A DNA stretch of 64,000 nt. Source: Massalongia carnosa. Taxonomy: Eukaryota. Within the stretch, counting starts at the first letter, position 1. Each line of letters begins with the position of its first letter. The notes below the pieces were generated by a model. It was not told the DNA's origin. It made no database searches and saw nothing but the letters and a program-made list of their open reading frames with translations. The DNA is taken from NCBI GenBank assembly GCA_965645245.1, contig OZ287085.1, positions 248,001 through 312,000 on the forward strand. Direction: 5' to 3'. The position numbers and the translations under genes were made by a program. Positions 39,024-51,571 of this stretch are shown here, piece by piece.

Positions 39024-40150
39024 TCCTCTTCCGAAGTCACCGTGCTCAGTTCATATGTCCTCACTCTAGGTTTTCCCTTGGAGGCTGGGCAGGAATTGGC
39101 GAAATGTCCTGATCCTCCACAGTACATGCATAGTCCTTCGTTCATGCGGCGTGATGTTTCCGCCGGGGTGATGGGACCGCGACGCCTGGAGGTCGACAGG
39201 ATGGCGTCCGTGTCTGCGGATGGGGTGATTGCGGGCCTAGGAGCGGGAGTGCTGAAGGTGGAGGTGGAAGAGGTCTTGGTAGTCGGGGTGGACGGGGCGG
39301 AGGAAGAGCGAGATGAACCATATGAAAATGGTTTGCGGATTGAGGCCTGGACGGAACGGAATCGATTATCAATTTTCTGGAGAACTTGTATGGTGTCGTC
39401 CAACGACGGGGGTAGGTCAACCGTGATGAGAGCAGATTTCAACTCATCACTGAGACCATCTAGGAGAATGGATCGCTTGGCTTCATCATCGAAGCCTGTG
39501 TCTGGAACGAGACGTTGATAATCTGATAGGTATAGGTAGAACTCTTTATTCTTTTGTCGAAGCTGTCGCAGTTCCCTTTGTGCTGTCGCTTTTCTATCGG
39601 GGTCACCGAAGGCCAATTGCAATTTTGTATAAAACGCTTCCATATCGACAAGAGCGATATTTCCATCTTTTTCCAGGTACGGCTGCAGTTGTTCCAATGC
39701 TCTCTCCTTCAAGCGGCTTAGTGCATAAGCGAGCTTGCTTTGCTCGGTGGGATAGTGGTCCTTGTTGATGTTCAGCTTTATTCGGAGTTGCGTCATCCAT
39801 CCCCGAAGTTCTGCCTTATCGCCACCAAAGGAAGATGGGTCCGGATGTTTGGTAGAACGATGTGACTTAGACTGCGAGGCATCGATCAGATTGGTGCGAA
39901 GTTCGTCTATGACAGCTTGTCCAGCGGCCATGGTGATTGCATTCTCGGACAGAGTGATGTTAACCTGCTCAAGGGAAGATAGTGCAGTTGCTTTGTCGGT
40001 CTCTAAAGTGGTGATAAGTTCCTGAGCATTGGCCGAGAAGTTGGTGACGCGAAGAAGGAACTCGAGCCATGCCTGTGGCTGTTGCTGCACGGCAGTTCTC
40101 AGTTCGTCGGCGCTGGAAACGGAGGTAGGGGGGTCGAGGTTGATGGACAT
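38999..40150 (-). CDS. gag: Gag with CCHC zinc knuckle
   Basis: Retrotrans_gag-like region (FGDPDRKATAQRELRQLRQ) and CMYCGGSGHFANSC. Start taken as the ATG of MSINLD. Confidence 0.92.
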   Translation of the reverse strand: MSINLDPPTSVSSADELRTAVQQQPQAWLEFLLRVTNFSANAQELITTLETDKATALSSLEQVNITLSENAITMAAGQAVIDELRTNLIDASQSKSHRSTKHPDPSSFGGDKAELRGWMTQLRIKLNINKDHYPTEQSKLAYALSRLKERALEQLQPYLEKDGNIALVDMEAFYTKLQLAFGDPDRKATAQRELRQLRQKNKEFYLYLSDYQRLVPDTGFDDEAKRSILLDGLSDELKSALITVDLPPSLDDTIQVLQKIDNRFRSVQASIRKPFSYGSSRSSSAPSTPTTKTSSTSTFSTPAPRPAITPSADTDAILSTSRRRGPITPAETSRRMNEGLCMYCGGSGHFANSCPASKGKPRVRTYELSTVTSEEEGKVQSSA

Positions 40151-40869
40151 GTTGGTGATGCACCAGGTGAATAGGCAGGTCGAACGTAGTGTCACGGTGC
40201 GAGGTCAGGTAGGAATTCAGGTGGTGCAAACGTGTTACTTGATTGTCTAGCTAGGTGGACAAGACGTTCGACAAGGAGAAAAGAATCAGAAAATCCAACG
40301 TGGGCGAGTATAAGACTCTGGCGAACGGAACTAGTCCCAACCCAGCCGTTGATCCAATTTCCCTAAGTCCCTAGCATGAAACTATCGCCATGACACTATT
40401 GATAGTCGGAACACTTACCTTTGCCCTGACTGAACCGGATTAAGCTTAGTTCCTTTCGGATCGGCTAACCGGCTAGTTCTTCGTTCAAGCAGCTAAGGTT
40501 GATTCAATGAACTAACTGGCAGGTGCCCAGTCACTCCATGACATCCCGTGCGAGCGATAAATATTTTATTTTTGCACTCGATAACGCGTTAACCCGAAAT
40601 TCGTAAACGATAGAAGAAAAAATAGGAGAGTTTGAAGAAACAAAACGGGGTCGCGAATGAATAACGGGAGTTTGTTTTTGCACCTAATGAAATAATAAAT
40701 CAAAACGTCAAAATTCAAATGAGAATCCTTACCCGAAAAACGCCGTACGGCGAATTGCTTTTACTGTTTATATGTTTGCGGCGTCGTTCGATTTGACTTA
40801 CGGAACGTGCGGAGGCCTGATTAAGAACAAAAACGTGTTGAGACATGAAGAGCTAAAATAGAAAGAAGT

Positions 40870-41005
40870 ATTAGCTGGCTGAGATGAAGGGAGCTGCGAT
40901 GGAGAAGATTCTTTACCTGATTGAAATGGAAAAAAGCTGCGGTGAAAAGAGCTGCGGTGAAAAGAGCTGCGGTGAAAAGGCTGCGGTGAAAAGAGCTGCG
41001 ATGAA
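40870..41005. repeat. 15-bp tandem repeat GCTGCGGTGAAAAGA (~5 copies)
   Basis: Directly visible. Confidence 0.8.
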
Positions 41006-41316
41006 AGGTAAACAACACGAAAAGCACCGTAAAGCCAATCGAGTCGCGCTAAACCTCTTATGGACGATTTCAAAGAAAATCTGATACTTCGCGAAGAGAC
41101 CTCCTCCCCCCACCGCAAATGGGCGAAAAAGCATCCAAGTTTCGAGATATCGACTATGGTTGACATGACTAATAGGTCTGCAAAGTTTTACGATATCATA
41201 CGATGAAATGCATGCTCGCAATGAGGTGTCTCTTTTTGGTCCTTTCCGTAACTATCGCGTCCTCTCCGCATTATTTGATAATTCAATCCTGTTCCGCAAC
41301 CCGCCTTCCTTTTTCG

Positions 41317-42708
41317 TGTTAAATCTAACCGCATGAAGTTGGATCTAACCAAATGAGGTAGTCTTGCCCAAAGTAGCAGGGGAGGTAATTCAGTTCAATA
41401 TAGATAATTTCCCACGATTCGAGCCTGAGATGGGTGGAGGTAAGTCAAATGCTAATCCGAGCATCATGGGCAACGTGGTGAATGATCAAGAAAACACGAT
41501 GGGGTTTGATATAACAGGGGTGGTAATAAGTCACATAAGCTACTGAGCCAAAAGGCTACTATGGTAGTTCTCCTATGGAGACACTACCGCTTATTACACT
41601 ATATATACGTGCCCCGCGCCCGGTACGTCACCGTACCTCCTTAGGCGCTCATGTATTGCGCCCGCTGGCTAGCAGTATTGAGTACCGCTGTAACAATAAA
41701 TTGTAATGCGGATAGCGCTAGAGGGATACGTGATCGCCTACGGCGGTTGCGGGATTAACTAGCATGAGCCAAGCCGTAGTACTTAGTCGCATAGCCGTCG
41801 AGGCTGACACGACGCCACCTTGCCACACAACTCCGAATTAGTTGTTACTACGTTCTACAGATCAAACACCTGTCGAGATTGCCATGGAGTAATGCGAACT
41901 TCTGTGGAGACTAGCCGTGAACTCTATATGGAATCTACTGGCCTACTCGGAGCTACTCGATCTCTTGATGGATCAAGAGTTGTAGCAGGAGGCACGGCTA
42001 GCTGGACGCAGCTTGAGCTCGGCCTCCCCGGTGTAAACTTCAGCTTCAACCTTTATTGCTACGTTGGTAGTGATGTCGGCTGAATGAACCTACATGACCA
42101 TGTGGTCTAGACCTTGTGTCTAGAGGCAGGTCCGCAGTGAAGATAGAGATTCAGTCGGAGGTAACCTTCCATCGCTACGTTGGTAGTGGTGACGGCGAAA
42201 TGAAGCTATATAGCCTCGGCGTCTAGACTTTATGTTTAGAGGCAGGCTAGCAATGTAGTGAGGGATCTAGCCGGAGGTAGAAGTGTTCTACCTTGCAAGG
42301 GAAGGTCTAGAAGGCTGCTCGAGGCTGACTAGATGATCCAGCGAACGCCGAGTTCGTAGATGGATCCTGAGGGATGGTTGGATGTAAGGCGATAAGGTCA
42401 GATGTGGTTTGCAAGGCTCCTAAGGTTCCATGGCTCCCAAGGCTATAGGCATGGGGTGAGTAGGATAAATACCAGAACGAATCCTGTAGTATTCGTTAGC
42501 AATTAGTCTTTATTCTATGAACAACCTACGTTTGGGTCTCGGACGAGATCTCTTGTTCTAAGCACTTCCACATCCATTAGTTCTTTGGATCACGTATACT
42601 CTCGGAGACCAGCACGTAGTAGCTATCTTCTACCTCTCATGCTGAGCATTTCCCCTTTCGAGATCAGTGTCGCTCGTGATTAGCTTACTGGTCTCGTAGC
42701 CTATTACA
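41317..42708. mobile_element. Probable adjacent solo-LTR remnants (TGTTA...TAACA at 41317-41695; TGTAAT...ATTACA at 41702-42708)
   Basis: Short terminal inverted motifs, TATA-like boxes and an internal ~115-bp duplication near 42050-42290. No matching TSDs found. Confidence 0.4.
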
Positions 42709-42788
42709 TTTGAGAAGGTTGATTAATGGGATTTGGAAATCTTGTTGACAACTGGTGCTTAGGGACAGTCCCCCCCTGTGTAAATATT

Positions 42789-45700
42789 TACTACACCATC
42801 ATATCTGCATAACGTTACCTAATGGTTACGGTTGCATCCTTATGTAATGTTGGGTAATGTTTTCAATCAATGTTTTACCACCATGAGGGGATAACGTTAC
42901 ATAATGATGAGGAGCATAATTGGGTAACCATTACCTCATTTAACGTATAATGATGACTTATGATGCATTAAAACTTAGTTTGGGGCTTGCGACTCAATAT
43001 TACAGACTCACTGGCGCCGCCGCCAAATCTGCATCCTGAATTAAAATCGAAGAGAAAACTTATATTTAATCTGTCTCGAGGATATCTAATGATTAGGCTT
43101 TCTCGTATAGACAATGATACCCAGATCACATTATCTTCATATATAAAACCTGTACAGTCTAGAATATGTCTGCCAGGCCCTTCCCCCCTTCCTTTCTTTG
43201 AGCTCAGTCCGTCCAGTGGATCAATTCCTAGCCTGGAACAACTCAACTCGCCTTATTCAGTATAATTATCGTTATCTTCATCCTTTGCCAGCGGTGTTGT
43301 ATTATTCGAATCCAAAGCAGTATCGAGAGTGGGATTTTGATCCAAAGTTAAGCCGTCACTTAGAGACGCAAGACCATACTCTAATACGTCAGGAGTATAA
43401 AAGTCCCTGTTCAAATTAGTTCATGAAGAAACTCTACCGCAGAAAAGATAAGAGTTATTCAGTTTGACGTACCAGTCTGCGTCTATATTCATCAAAATCT
43501 TATCAACCTGGGACCAGAAACTTCCTTCTTTCTTTTCCCTCTGCTCAAGAACAACATATCTCTATCATTCATTGATATTAGCTTTTGCAATAAACAAGAT
43601 GCAAGAAAACAATATGAAGGGAAGCCTACCCAACAAGCTGCTGCTTCCCACAAAGACATATCAGTGTCCACATGTTTGGTCTCCGAGTCCACTTCTGACC
43701 TTTGGCATTCGGCAAACTCCGCAAGAGGTTTATCGACAACATCTTGACACTTGAGGAGTCGTTCCTTTAGTTTAGCCTTTTCCGCTATGCGGACTTTCCC
43801 CACTAAAGCGACAGCATTGTCTGGAAGTATTAGGTCGGAAGGAAAATGACCTCATAATGAGGTCTTAACGATAGTATTAGCTATGGAATACCAAACGAGC
43901 CTAACGATAACGTACTAATACTTGCTTGGGATCGCTCCATGTGCTTTCTTTGTATCGTTCCAAAGTTAAGCGTCGGCGTATTATGGGTCTGATTATCTGC
44001 AAACATGAGCCACAAGTATTATGCTGAAAGATTACACAAACAGCCCGTAGCTCTGTGGAATATTTTGTAGATTTAGCTTCCTTTTTAATCCGTGTGATCT
44101 CCTTCCTATTTTGCAACTAAAGCTTGTACATAGATGCTAGTTGGTACCCCGTGGAACTCTAATATGTATCATTAAAAAGCATGTTCTAAATAAAACATGA
44201 GACATTGAACGTGGTGCGATTACATACATATTAAGAAAGGGAACAAGTTTATGCCATACCTTGATAAAAGTTTCGACGAGGTCGTGATCCAAAGGATCTT
44301 CCCGTTGAACCGATCGAAAGATAGCGGCTTGCTCTGATGTAAATACAGGACCTTGCGTAGCAAGCGGTATTCGCGTAGAGTCGGTTGCTGATCGAGGATG
44401 CGGGTTATTTGAAGACGACGATGACGGTGCATTACCCAGAGAAGTGCCTTTAACAATTTAATTAGGATTGTAAATTACTTATATCAATATGGAAATGATT
44501 CTTGCCAGGGCTAGGTACCCATGCGGATGTACCGGTCTCAATTTCTCATTGAAGATGCCGTATTTGAAAGCTCTAGATTGTTCAAGCCAGCATGAGTCTA
44601 AATATCCAAAGATCAATATATGACAATGGCTGAACAAACCGTTAGGTCATGTTATTAAATTCCAACCGCATCAGAAACACCACCTGCTTGGTATCTGTAC
44701 GGCCACATGTAATATTATTTATATCATATCATAGAAGCATATTCTGTACGGACTAAGAGACATGGACATGCATGGGCGCAAATTGCTAGCGTAGATACCG
44801 AGCAGGTGAGAGCCAGATGTTTTTAATGCGGTAGGCAGTTACGATATGACCTGGTCGGAATAGATCTTACTGCTTTTCGCTTATGAATATTGGGAGGAGC
44901 CATTGTTGATTGAGTGTAAAGATAGAAACAAGTGATGAAAGAGATAGAAGATAGAAGAGGTTGTGAAGAGGGAAGAGGTTGCGAGAGATGGAAGGATGAG
45001 AAAGCAAGGAGAATTTTTTCTTCAAGACAGGATCTGGGAAATTAAAAGAAAATTAACAAACAAAACAATAGCGCGTTCTGGCTTGTCAATGTTTGCTTAC
45101 TAACCTCTCGTAAGGAGAGGAGATAAGCTGGCTCAGGTACGATATTATTGACTTAAACTCAAAGTTGGGTAATCATTACTCAAGGTGATGGTGCTGTATC
45201 GTTGGGTAATATGGGATGTTAATGTAAGAGCGCGGCAATACAGGACTGCGCTAGCTCCTGGGATGACTCACCCAAGAAGACCGGGTGACTGATAATCCGG
45301 ATGCTTAGTCATGATAAGGCGGATAGCAATACTAAGCCATCAGCAATCAGCCTTACCAGTTTGTTAGGCAGCAACTGAAGCTATTCAGATAAGCCTCGAT
45401 CTCATGGGAGGCCTGGGACGCCTAGGAGACCTCAGCTGAAGGCAACAAGGCTATCTGCTAGACCTCAGCTGAAGGCAACAAGGTTATCTGCTAGACCTCA
45501 GCTGAAGGCAGCAAGGCTATCTACTAGACCTCAGCTGAAGGCAACAAGGCAGACAGGTAACCAGATAAGTAGTTAGTAAATAGGACCCCAAGGGGTATAT
45601 AGAAAGCTCGATTCCCATCTTCAGGGAATCAGCTTTTAGCTTTAGCACCTACCAATCTATTAGCAGTCACACTGAGCATTATAACCCATAAGGGCTAGTG

Positions 45701-45888
45701 TCTACTGTCCCTCTTATAGTTAAACTTAAAGTTGGGTAACCATTACCCATATCATTACCCAAGGCGACGGTGCTATAACGTTGGGTAATATTGGGCGTTA
45801 AAATTAAAGTTGGGTAATTATTACCCACATCATTACCCAAGGTGACACGTGCTGTAATGTTGGGTAATATGATACGGATCTGGTAGTG
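42789..45888. mobile_element. CACTA/EnSpm-like DNA transposon relic
   Basis: Right end ...GTAGTG (CACTAC on the minus strand) and left end TACTAC. TTGGGTAA/TTACCCAA subterminal motifs at both ends, including ~3 tandem units at 45160-45872. Internal coding sequence is degenerate. Confidence 0.5.
45223..45718. mobile_element. Solo LTR with an internal 33-bp tandem repeat
   Basis: TGTAAGAG...CTCTTATA termini, perfect TSD GTTAA, and GACCTCAGCTGAAGGCAACAAGG x4. Confidence 0.85.
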
Positions 45889-45890
45889 TA

Positions 45891-46036
45891 CTTCATTTCA
45901 GCCGCACTCACCGAGTATGGCGCACGCTAATGGCTAGACGTATCGCTAGTCTAATACTAGGATACCGTACGTTGTCTATAAATCTAGCTATTCCACTATA
46001 TAGAACAAAAGCAAGCGTTCTATCCTCTATCTACTA
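45891..46036. repeat. Inverted fragment of the LTR at 47582-50096 (shows the empty site of Tc1 #2)
   Basis: Reverse complement matches 48493-48571 joined to 49881-49960. Confidence 0.8.
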
Positions 46037-47830
46037 GACTTGCGGGCAGGATGGCACTTGGGTGAATATGTTGAGCAGGATATCTCGCAAGCTTCACGCG
46101 GGATTACCCTCAACGTCAATAGATATGCTCCCTCCGACACTTGATCAAAAATTTCACAATCATCAGAACTTCTGTGGTCACGTTGAATCATATCTACACT
46201 TCGATACGCAATCAAATACGCGGATATTGGGCTACTGCGTTACGCAATACGTCACACAACAGGTATCTCTCAAGCAAGCGATGCTGGCACTCCAAGTCAT
46301 GATGGCGTCATCTTGCTCATTTTTTGGCGAAAAGCCGAATCTGCTAAGAATCACGTTCGTCACCTGCTCGTAAATTATCGACGCTATAGAATCGTCTATT
46401 TAGATTTGGTTGCGAGAGATAGTCGACGATTCGCGAATTGGATTATTAGCCCGCAAAACGCCCATCAAGCAGGTTCACCAAAGTCAACGTTTTTGGGCTT
46501 TCGAAAACAACGCTCGGAGGATCAGTTCAATGATGGATGACGCCGACAGTGAAAAACTGGAGCCAGTGAGTCATCAAGGTTGCTGTGATGGTTTTGAGAT
46601 TCTGAGTCAAAGCCGAGTCCTCGTTGCGAGATCGATATTGCGACTCAGTTCTGCATCGATATGTAGTCAAAGTATAGATTAATCGATAGAATGTACATTA
46701 AAGCATTATTTCTATTATTAGATAATTTATCAAATGTCGTTGTGCGATGTCGATTTCGTCGACAACTTGATTGTTAATAGTTTTACAGGTTAAGCCAAAA
46801 ATGTGTAAGCCGGATCTGACAAAAATACAGAGTTTTGCGCTCAGACGTTGCCTCAGTACCTCAGACGTGCGTGGGCTCTAGGAGCCCTCTAAGCCCCTCC
46901 GGGTTAGCCTATTTCGCTAAGCTCCTTCAGATTATCTTCCCAGCTGACAAACGTGGCTGCGATAGCACTTCTGATCGCAAAACTAAATATTACGGTCAGA
47001 CATTCGTAATAAATCGTGTATTATTGCGATTTTTCGATATTTTGACGTCTTGCTTTTTCGTTTGACCCGGGCTATTTCTTCGAAAGAATTCAAGTAAAAT
47101 TTGTATAGAAAGTTTCCTCAAATTCCTGTTCGTTGTAAAGTTCATGTGGGGCAATCTGATTGCACTTCACATAGAGTTCGAAAATCGACTTAACGAAAAT
47201 AACAAGATGTATGTAAAATTGCTCTGCACTTTATAAAAATAAATAAAGATTGAAATTTATAACGAAAAAACCAAAAATACGTTGATCATGATCATATCAA
47301 GCGACGACGAAGTTATAAACATGAAAAAAATGAAGTTGTAACGTTGATCTATAAGGTCGAAATTGTCACGATTCTACTCGGCACAACCTCGGCACCGCCT
47401 AGGGCAATCGTAGATGGAACACGCAGGCACTTTCGATTTAGTTCCCGCAGCTACTAGAAGATTCGATGACGACTATACCACATGGGTACTAGCGCATTAG
47501 AGGATATATAGGATGCAGGTTCTGGTTGTCGATTCTCTTTTCCCTCTTCATCTTTATTGTATTCGTTTCTAGTGTCCCTATTATTGGAATTTGCCGAGAT
47601 ACCTGAATATTTGCGACCGAGGTTCTTTTGCCTCCTGCTTACTAATTTCCAGATTAGGCAATCATATGCTATGCGAAAAGCTTCAGATATCGGCACGACT
47701 TCGGCAACTACAAGGAGGCAAAGGTATGCAGCAAAAATGCTACATTTCGGAGGCAATTCAGCTGTTCATGATCACTGAGTGTCTCGGTGTCTCCGGTCAG
47801 CGATAAGGTGTATTTTGCCCAGCTGAAAAG

Positions 47831-48312
47831 TTTTGGTTAGATTGGGTTCCGGAATGATCAACCAGCTTTCTCTAAGACTCTCATCGCAGTTATTAAGGTG
47901 AGAGACAGACTGGAATTAGGCTTGAAGTGATAAACTATGTAATGACTGACTAGCTAATTAACAGAGAGAAGATACAGCTATTATATAGAAGTTGAGACTA
48001 CCTCAATTCCTCCTATTTGCAATGACTCCTCCGAGCTCATCGTATTACCCGTGATTGGTAATGTCCAGCTTACTCTCTGACTCATATTGCCACAAGAAGT
48101 ATCTCGATGATACTTGCTTAAGCTTTCATAGCTAAGCGCTTGATATTGAATGTGGCGTTGATACTAATCAACTGTGACAATCAAGGGGCAACGGCACAGT
48201 TCAGGATAAGATTACCCAATTAGGCATAGACTTAATGCCGTGGCGGATGAGACGGATGAGGCGAAAAGCACGTTGCATGAGGTCATGTCAACAACCTCGT
48301 CAATTAGCAACA
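47831..48312. mobile_element. Solo LTR, same family as 826-1249
   Basis: High identity to 826-1249, ends CAACA, flanked by AAAG/AAAG. Confidence 0.8.
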
Positions 48313-48571
48313 AAAGGTTCAAAGGAAGCAGGTTCATGTATTTGATATTGGCCGAGATGGAGGCCTTCAAGCAGTATAAAGAGACGGTGATTCCTCATGT
48401 AATTTAGTTATTCAGTCGTTCAGAATTCAGTTCAGCAGATAGCTAAATTTGGAGTATCTTCACTGGAAATACGGAGTATCAAAAGGTAGTATAGTAGATA
48501 GAGGATAGAACGCTTGCTATTGTTCTATATAGTGGGAATAGCTAGATTTATAGACAATGTACGGTATGCTA

Positions 48572-49880
48572 TTATGGTAGGTCATTAGTGTCCGGATAGG
48601 CGAATTTAAACGAATTTCATAGCAGTATGAATTATCTATTGTTGCTGTTACAAAATCAACGTTTCAGCAAAATGATGCGATTATTTGTTTACATATAACT
48701 AATATTTAGTATAACCTCCATTTGCATTCAGGACTGCTTGCACTCGACGAGGCATTGACCGCATTAAACTTTCCAAAAACGCCTCCGTTATGTAGTCCCA
48801 TGCCTCCAAGACAGCATCAACAATGGCCTCTTGAATTTTTGGGGCACTTGCTGACAGAATGCGTAATTCGGGGTGTCTTCTAAAGACTATGTTCTTTACT
48901 TTCTTCCATACCATCTCGATGGGGTTCAAATCGGGGGAGTAGGCCGGCCAATCCATGACCGTGTACCCCTTTTCTTTGAACCAGTCCATTGTCTCTCGAA
49001 TTTTGTGTGTTTTAGCTCCATCTTGCATGAAATCAATCCCCGAATCGTCATCGAGCATGGTAGGAAGATGTTCTTTATAAGCATCGAGTATAATCAACCC
49101 TGTGATACCTTTCTTTCCCGTACGATCTGGATCGGGCTCCAACGAGGTCAAACCACCCCGTCGATTGCCTGCAAAGCAGCCCCAGAACATCTTTGTGACT
49201 CTCGATCCATTGTTGACTGGTTCGAAGCATTCTTGATCCCATTTCTCATTTGGAAGTCGAAAAACCCACACGTTCTCACTCCCATCCTGTTTGCAAACTG
49301 ACATCTCATCAGACCAACACACTTGAGCCCACTCATCCGCCGAAACATCCTCATATTGACGTGCCCAGCCCAGCCGATCAGCAATATGAGCTTCCGTTAA
49401 CATCGTACGATTAGCTGCGCGCCATTTGCGAACGTTTTGATCTCGAAGACGTCGTTTCATGGTGGTTCGAGAAACATCGGGCATAATGTTAGCTTGCAAC
49501 TCCCCCAGAGGCTGTCGACGACCCTTTGACCCCGATTTAATCGCTGCTCGTATCAAATGACGATCTTCTCGTGCTGTGGTTATTTTGGGCCGACCAGATC
49601 GTACTTCCGATTTGTGGTCGTCGCGTGTTGTAGCCTTCTTCAAAGTGTCTCCTATGGTGGAACGACCCCATTGCGGAAACTTTTCGTGTATAGTACTAAC
49701 GGAGGCGCCGGCGAGGCCCATACCGTACATTTCAGCTCTGATTATGACGGGCACTTCTTTGCGCGTAGTTTTGGGCTGTTTAGAGCTACTTGGTGGTGGC
49801 ATGATGGATTGAAAGGTGGTTGTTTACTTTTCAAAACTAAAAAAATTCTCGCCTATCCGGACACTTCTGACCCCGCATAA
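48572..49880 (-). mobile_element. Tc1/mariner transposon #2
   Basis: Imperfect TIRs (...GTGTCCGGATAGGCGA) and TA TSD; the empty site is visible at ~45950-45970. Confidence 0.88.
48699..49802 (-). CDS. Tc1-like transposase (DD34E)
   Basis: 367-aa intact ORF: RSGRPK, WSDE, QDGAKTH and WPAYSPDLNPIE. Confidence 0.93.
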   Translation of the reverse strand: MPPPSSSKQPKTTRKEVPVIIRAEMYGMGLAGASVSTIHEKFPQWGRSTIGDTLKKATTRDDHKSEVRSGRPKITTAREDRHLIRAAIKSGSKGRRQPLGELQANIMPDVSRTTMKRRLRDQNVRKWRAANRTMLTEAHIADRLGWARQYEDVSADEWAQVCWSDEMSVCKQDGSENVWVFRLPNEKWDQECFEPVNNGSRVTKMFWGCFAGNRRGGLTSLEPDPDRTGKKGITGLIILDAYKEHLPTMLDDDSGIDFMQDGAKTHKIRETMDWFKEKGYTVMDWPAYSPDLNPIEMVWKKVKNIVFRRHPELRILSASAPKIQEAIVDAVLEAWDYITEAFLESLMRSMPRRVQAVLNANGGYTKY

Positions 49881-50159
49881 TAGTATTAGACTAGCGATAC
49901 GTCTAGCCATTAGCGTGCGCCATACTCGTGCGGTAGAAGGTGAGTGCGGCTGAAATGAAGCAGCCTGATTTGTACATTCTAACACGGAGTACCTGCATCA
50001 CGTTTGCCAAGCACTTCTCTTTGCCTATCCTTGATATCCCTAGACCCACTTCTCCTGCATTCCGCTGCCGTATGCCTGGTTGATTTTTGTTCAACACCTA
50101 TGACTTGTCTCTAGGTAGATCATAACATTACAATAAAGATCGTCTTCATCTATTATCCT

Positions 50160-50965
50160 ACGTGAGGGATGTAAAAGAACTCACCGAATCGAGGACTGAA
50201 GAAAGAACGACCCTTTCACTAGGCAAGTCGTACGAACCAGAACCAGAACCAGAACCAGACCAGAATCACCAGAACCAGAACCAGAACCACCAGAACCACT
50301 AGATCCAGATCCAGAAGGCCGCCACCCCTACAGCGTGGCACCCAGACCCAGAACCCGAACCCAGAAGAACCATCCTCGGTGGCGGATGTAAAAGAAACCC
50401 ACATCGGAACGACAACGAGCGACCCTTTCACTAGGCCAGTCACCCGGAACCAGAACCAGAAGGCCGCCACCCCTACAGCGTGGCACTCAGAAGAACCATC
50501 CTCGGTGGCGGATGTAAAAGAAACCCACATCAGAACGACAACGAGCGACCCTTTCACTAGGCCAGTCACCCGGAACCAGAACCAGAAGGCCGCCACCCCT
50601 ACAGCGTGGCACCCGGACCCAGAACCCTAACCCAGAAGAACCATCCTCGGTGGCGGATGTAAAAGAAACCCACATCGGAACGACAACGAGCGACCCTTTC
50701 ACTAGGCCAGTCACCCGGAACCAGAACCAGAAGGCCGCCACCCCTACAGCGTGGCACCCGGACCCAGAACCCGAACCCAGAAGAACCATCCTCGGTGGCG
50801 GATGTAAAAGAAACTCACATCGGAACGACAACGAGCGACCCTTGCACTAGGCCAGTCGTACGAACCAGAACCAGAACCAGAACGAGAACCAGAACCACCA
50901 GACACCAGACACCAGACACCAGAAACCAGACAACAGGCACCAGACACCAGACACCAGACCCTAGA
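50160..50965 (+). repeat. 126-145-bp tandem array (4 good copies + 1 degenerate) bounded by (ACCAGA)n microsatellite
   Basis: CCATCCTCGGTGGCGGATGTAAAAGAAA... recurs at ~50371, 50497, 50641 and 50786. Confidence 0.9.
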
Positions 50966-51571
50966 CACCAAAGCACTGACTGCACCAAAATTACCGGAAA
51001 ATCGACGAAAGAGCTTGGAAAGATATGGGAAACCTTGGCAAAGAATCGAAAGCACTTCAGCTAATGAGCCAGTTGCACCGCTGACTACTGACTGCCTGCA
51101 CCGCCTGCACCTCCTAGTTCACGCTCAGGTGATCGCGATTTAAAGCGAAGGGTAGTGTCACGATTCTACTCGGCACAACCTCGGCACCGCCTAGGGCAAT
51201 CGTAGATGATTGATTGATTGATTGATTGATTCATACACCGATCCAAGGGCCGAAGGCCCTTATGCGGGAGTGCTAAACTACATCGGGGGGTGTCCCAGGG
51301 GATGGGTATCCAAGTCTGCTGAGGGCAGAATTGCTGCACTAAGCGCTGAAAGTACAAAAAATACAAAAACTCTTTTAGTTGTACAAGGGGTTGTGAATGC
51401 AAGGAAGAGGGAAAAGAAGACATGAACAGAGGGACAAACCGCTTGAGACAAATCGATAAATAGAACTCCAACGCCACCCTCCTGGGCCCCTGTGCTTGGT
51501 GTTGATACATGCAAGCCCTACCATGGTAGAGACTATTCTGTGAGCGGGATAAAACAAGAGCCGGCCTGCCG

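Larger units (their letters stand above)
34677..40543 (-). mobile_element. Full-length Ty3/Gypsy chromovirus LTR retrotransposon
   Basis: 354-bp TG...CA LTRs (34677-35030, 40190-40543; one mismatch seen), TSD TCCCG, PPT AAAAGGGGAGCTGG, intact gag and pol. Confidence 0.97.
47582..50096. mobile_element. Solo LTR (TATTG...CAACA), itself interrupted by another solo LTR and a Tc1
   Basis: TSD CCTAT at 47577-47581 and 50097-50101; about 720 bp once nested inserts are removed. Confidence 0.75.

Noticed and set aside
38134..40250. Plus-strand ORFs over the Gypsy element (and similar ones over the LINE, Tc1s and pogo)
   Set aside because: Antisense shadows of real coding sequence.
45891..49960. Long inverted repeats suggesting one large TIR transposon
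   Set aside because: The right copy lies inside a TSD-bounded solo LTR (47582-50096), so the left copy is better explained as an inverted LTR fragment.
50160..50965. Repeat array superficially like CRISPR repeat-spacer structure
   Set aside because: Units are near-identical along their whole length with no unique spacers; the context is eukaryotic and no cas genes are present.
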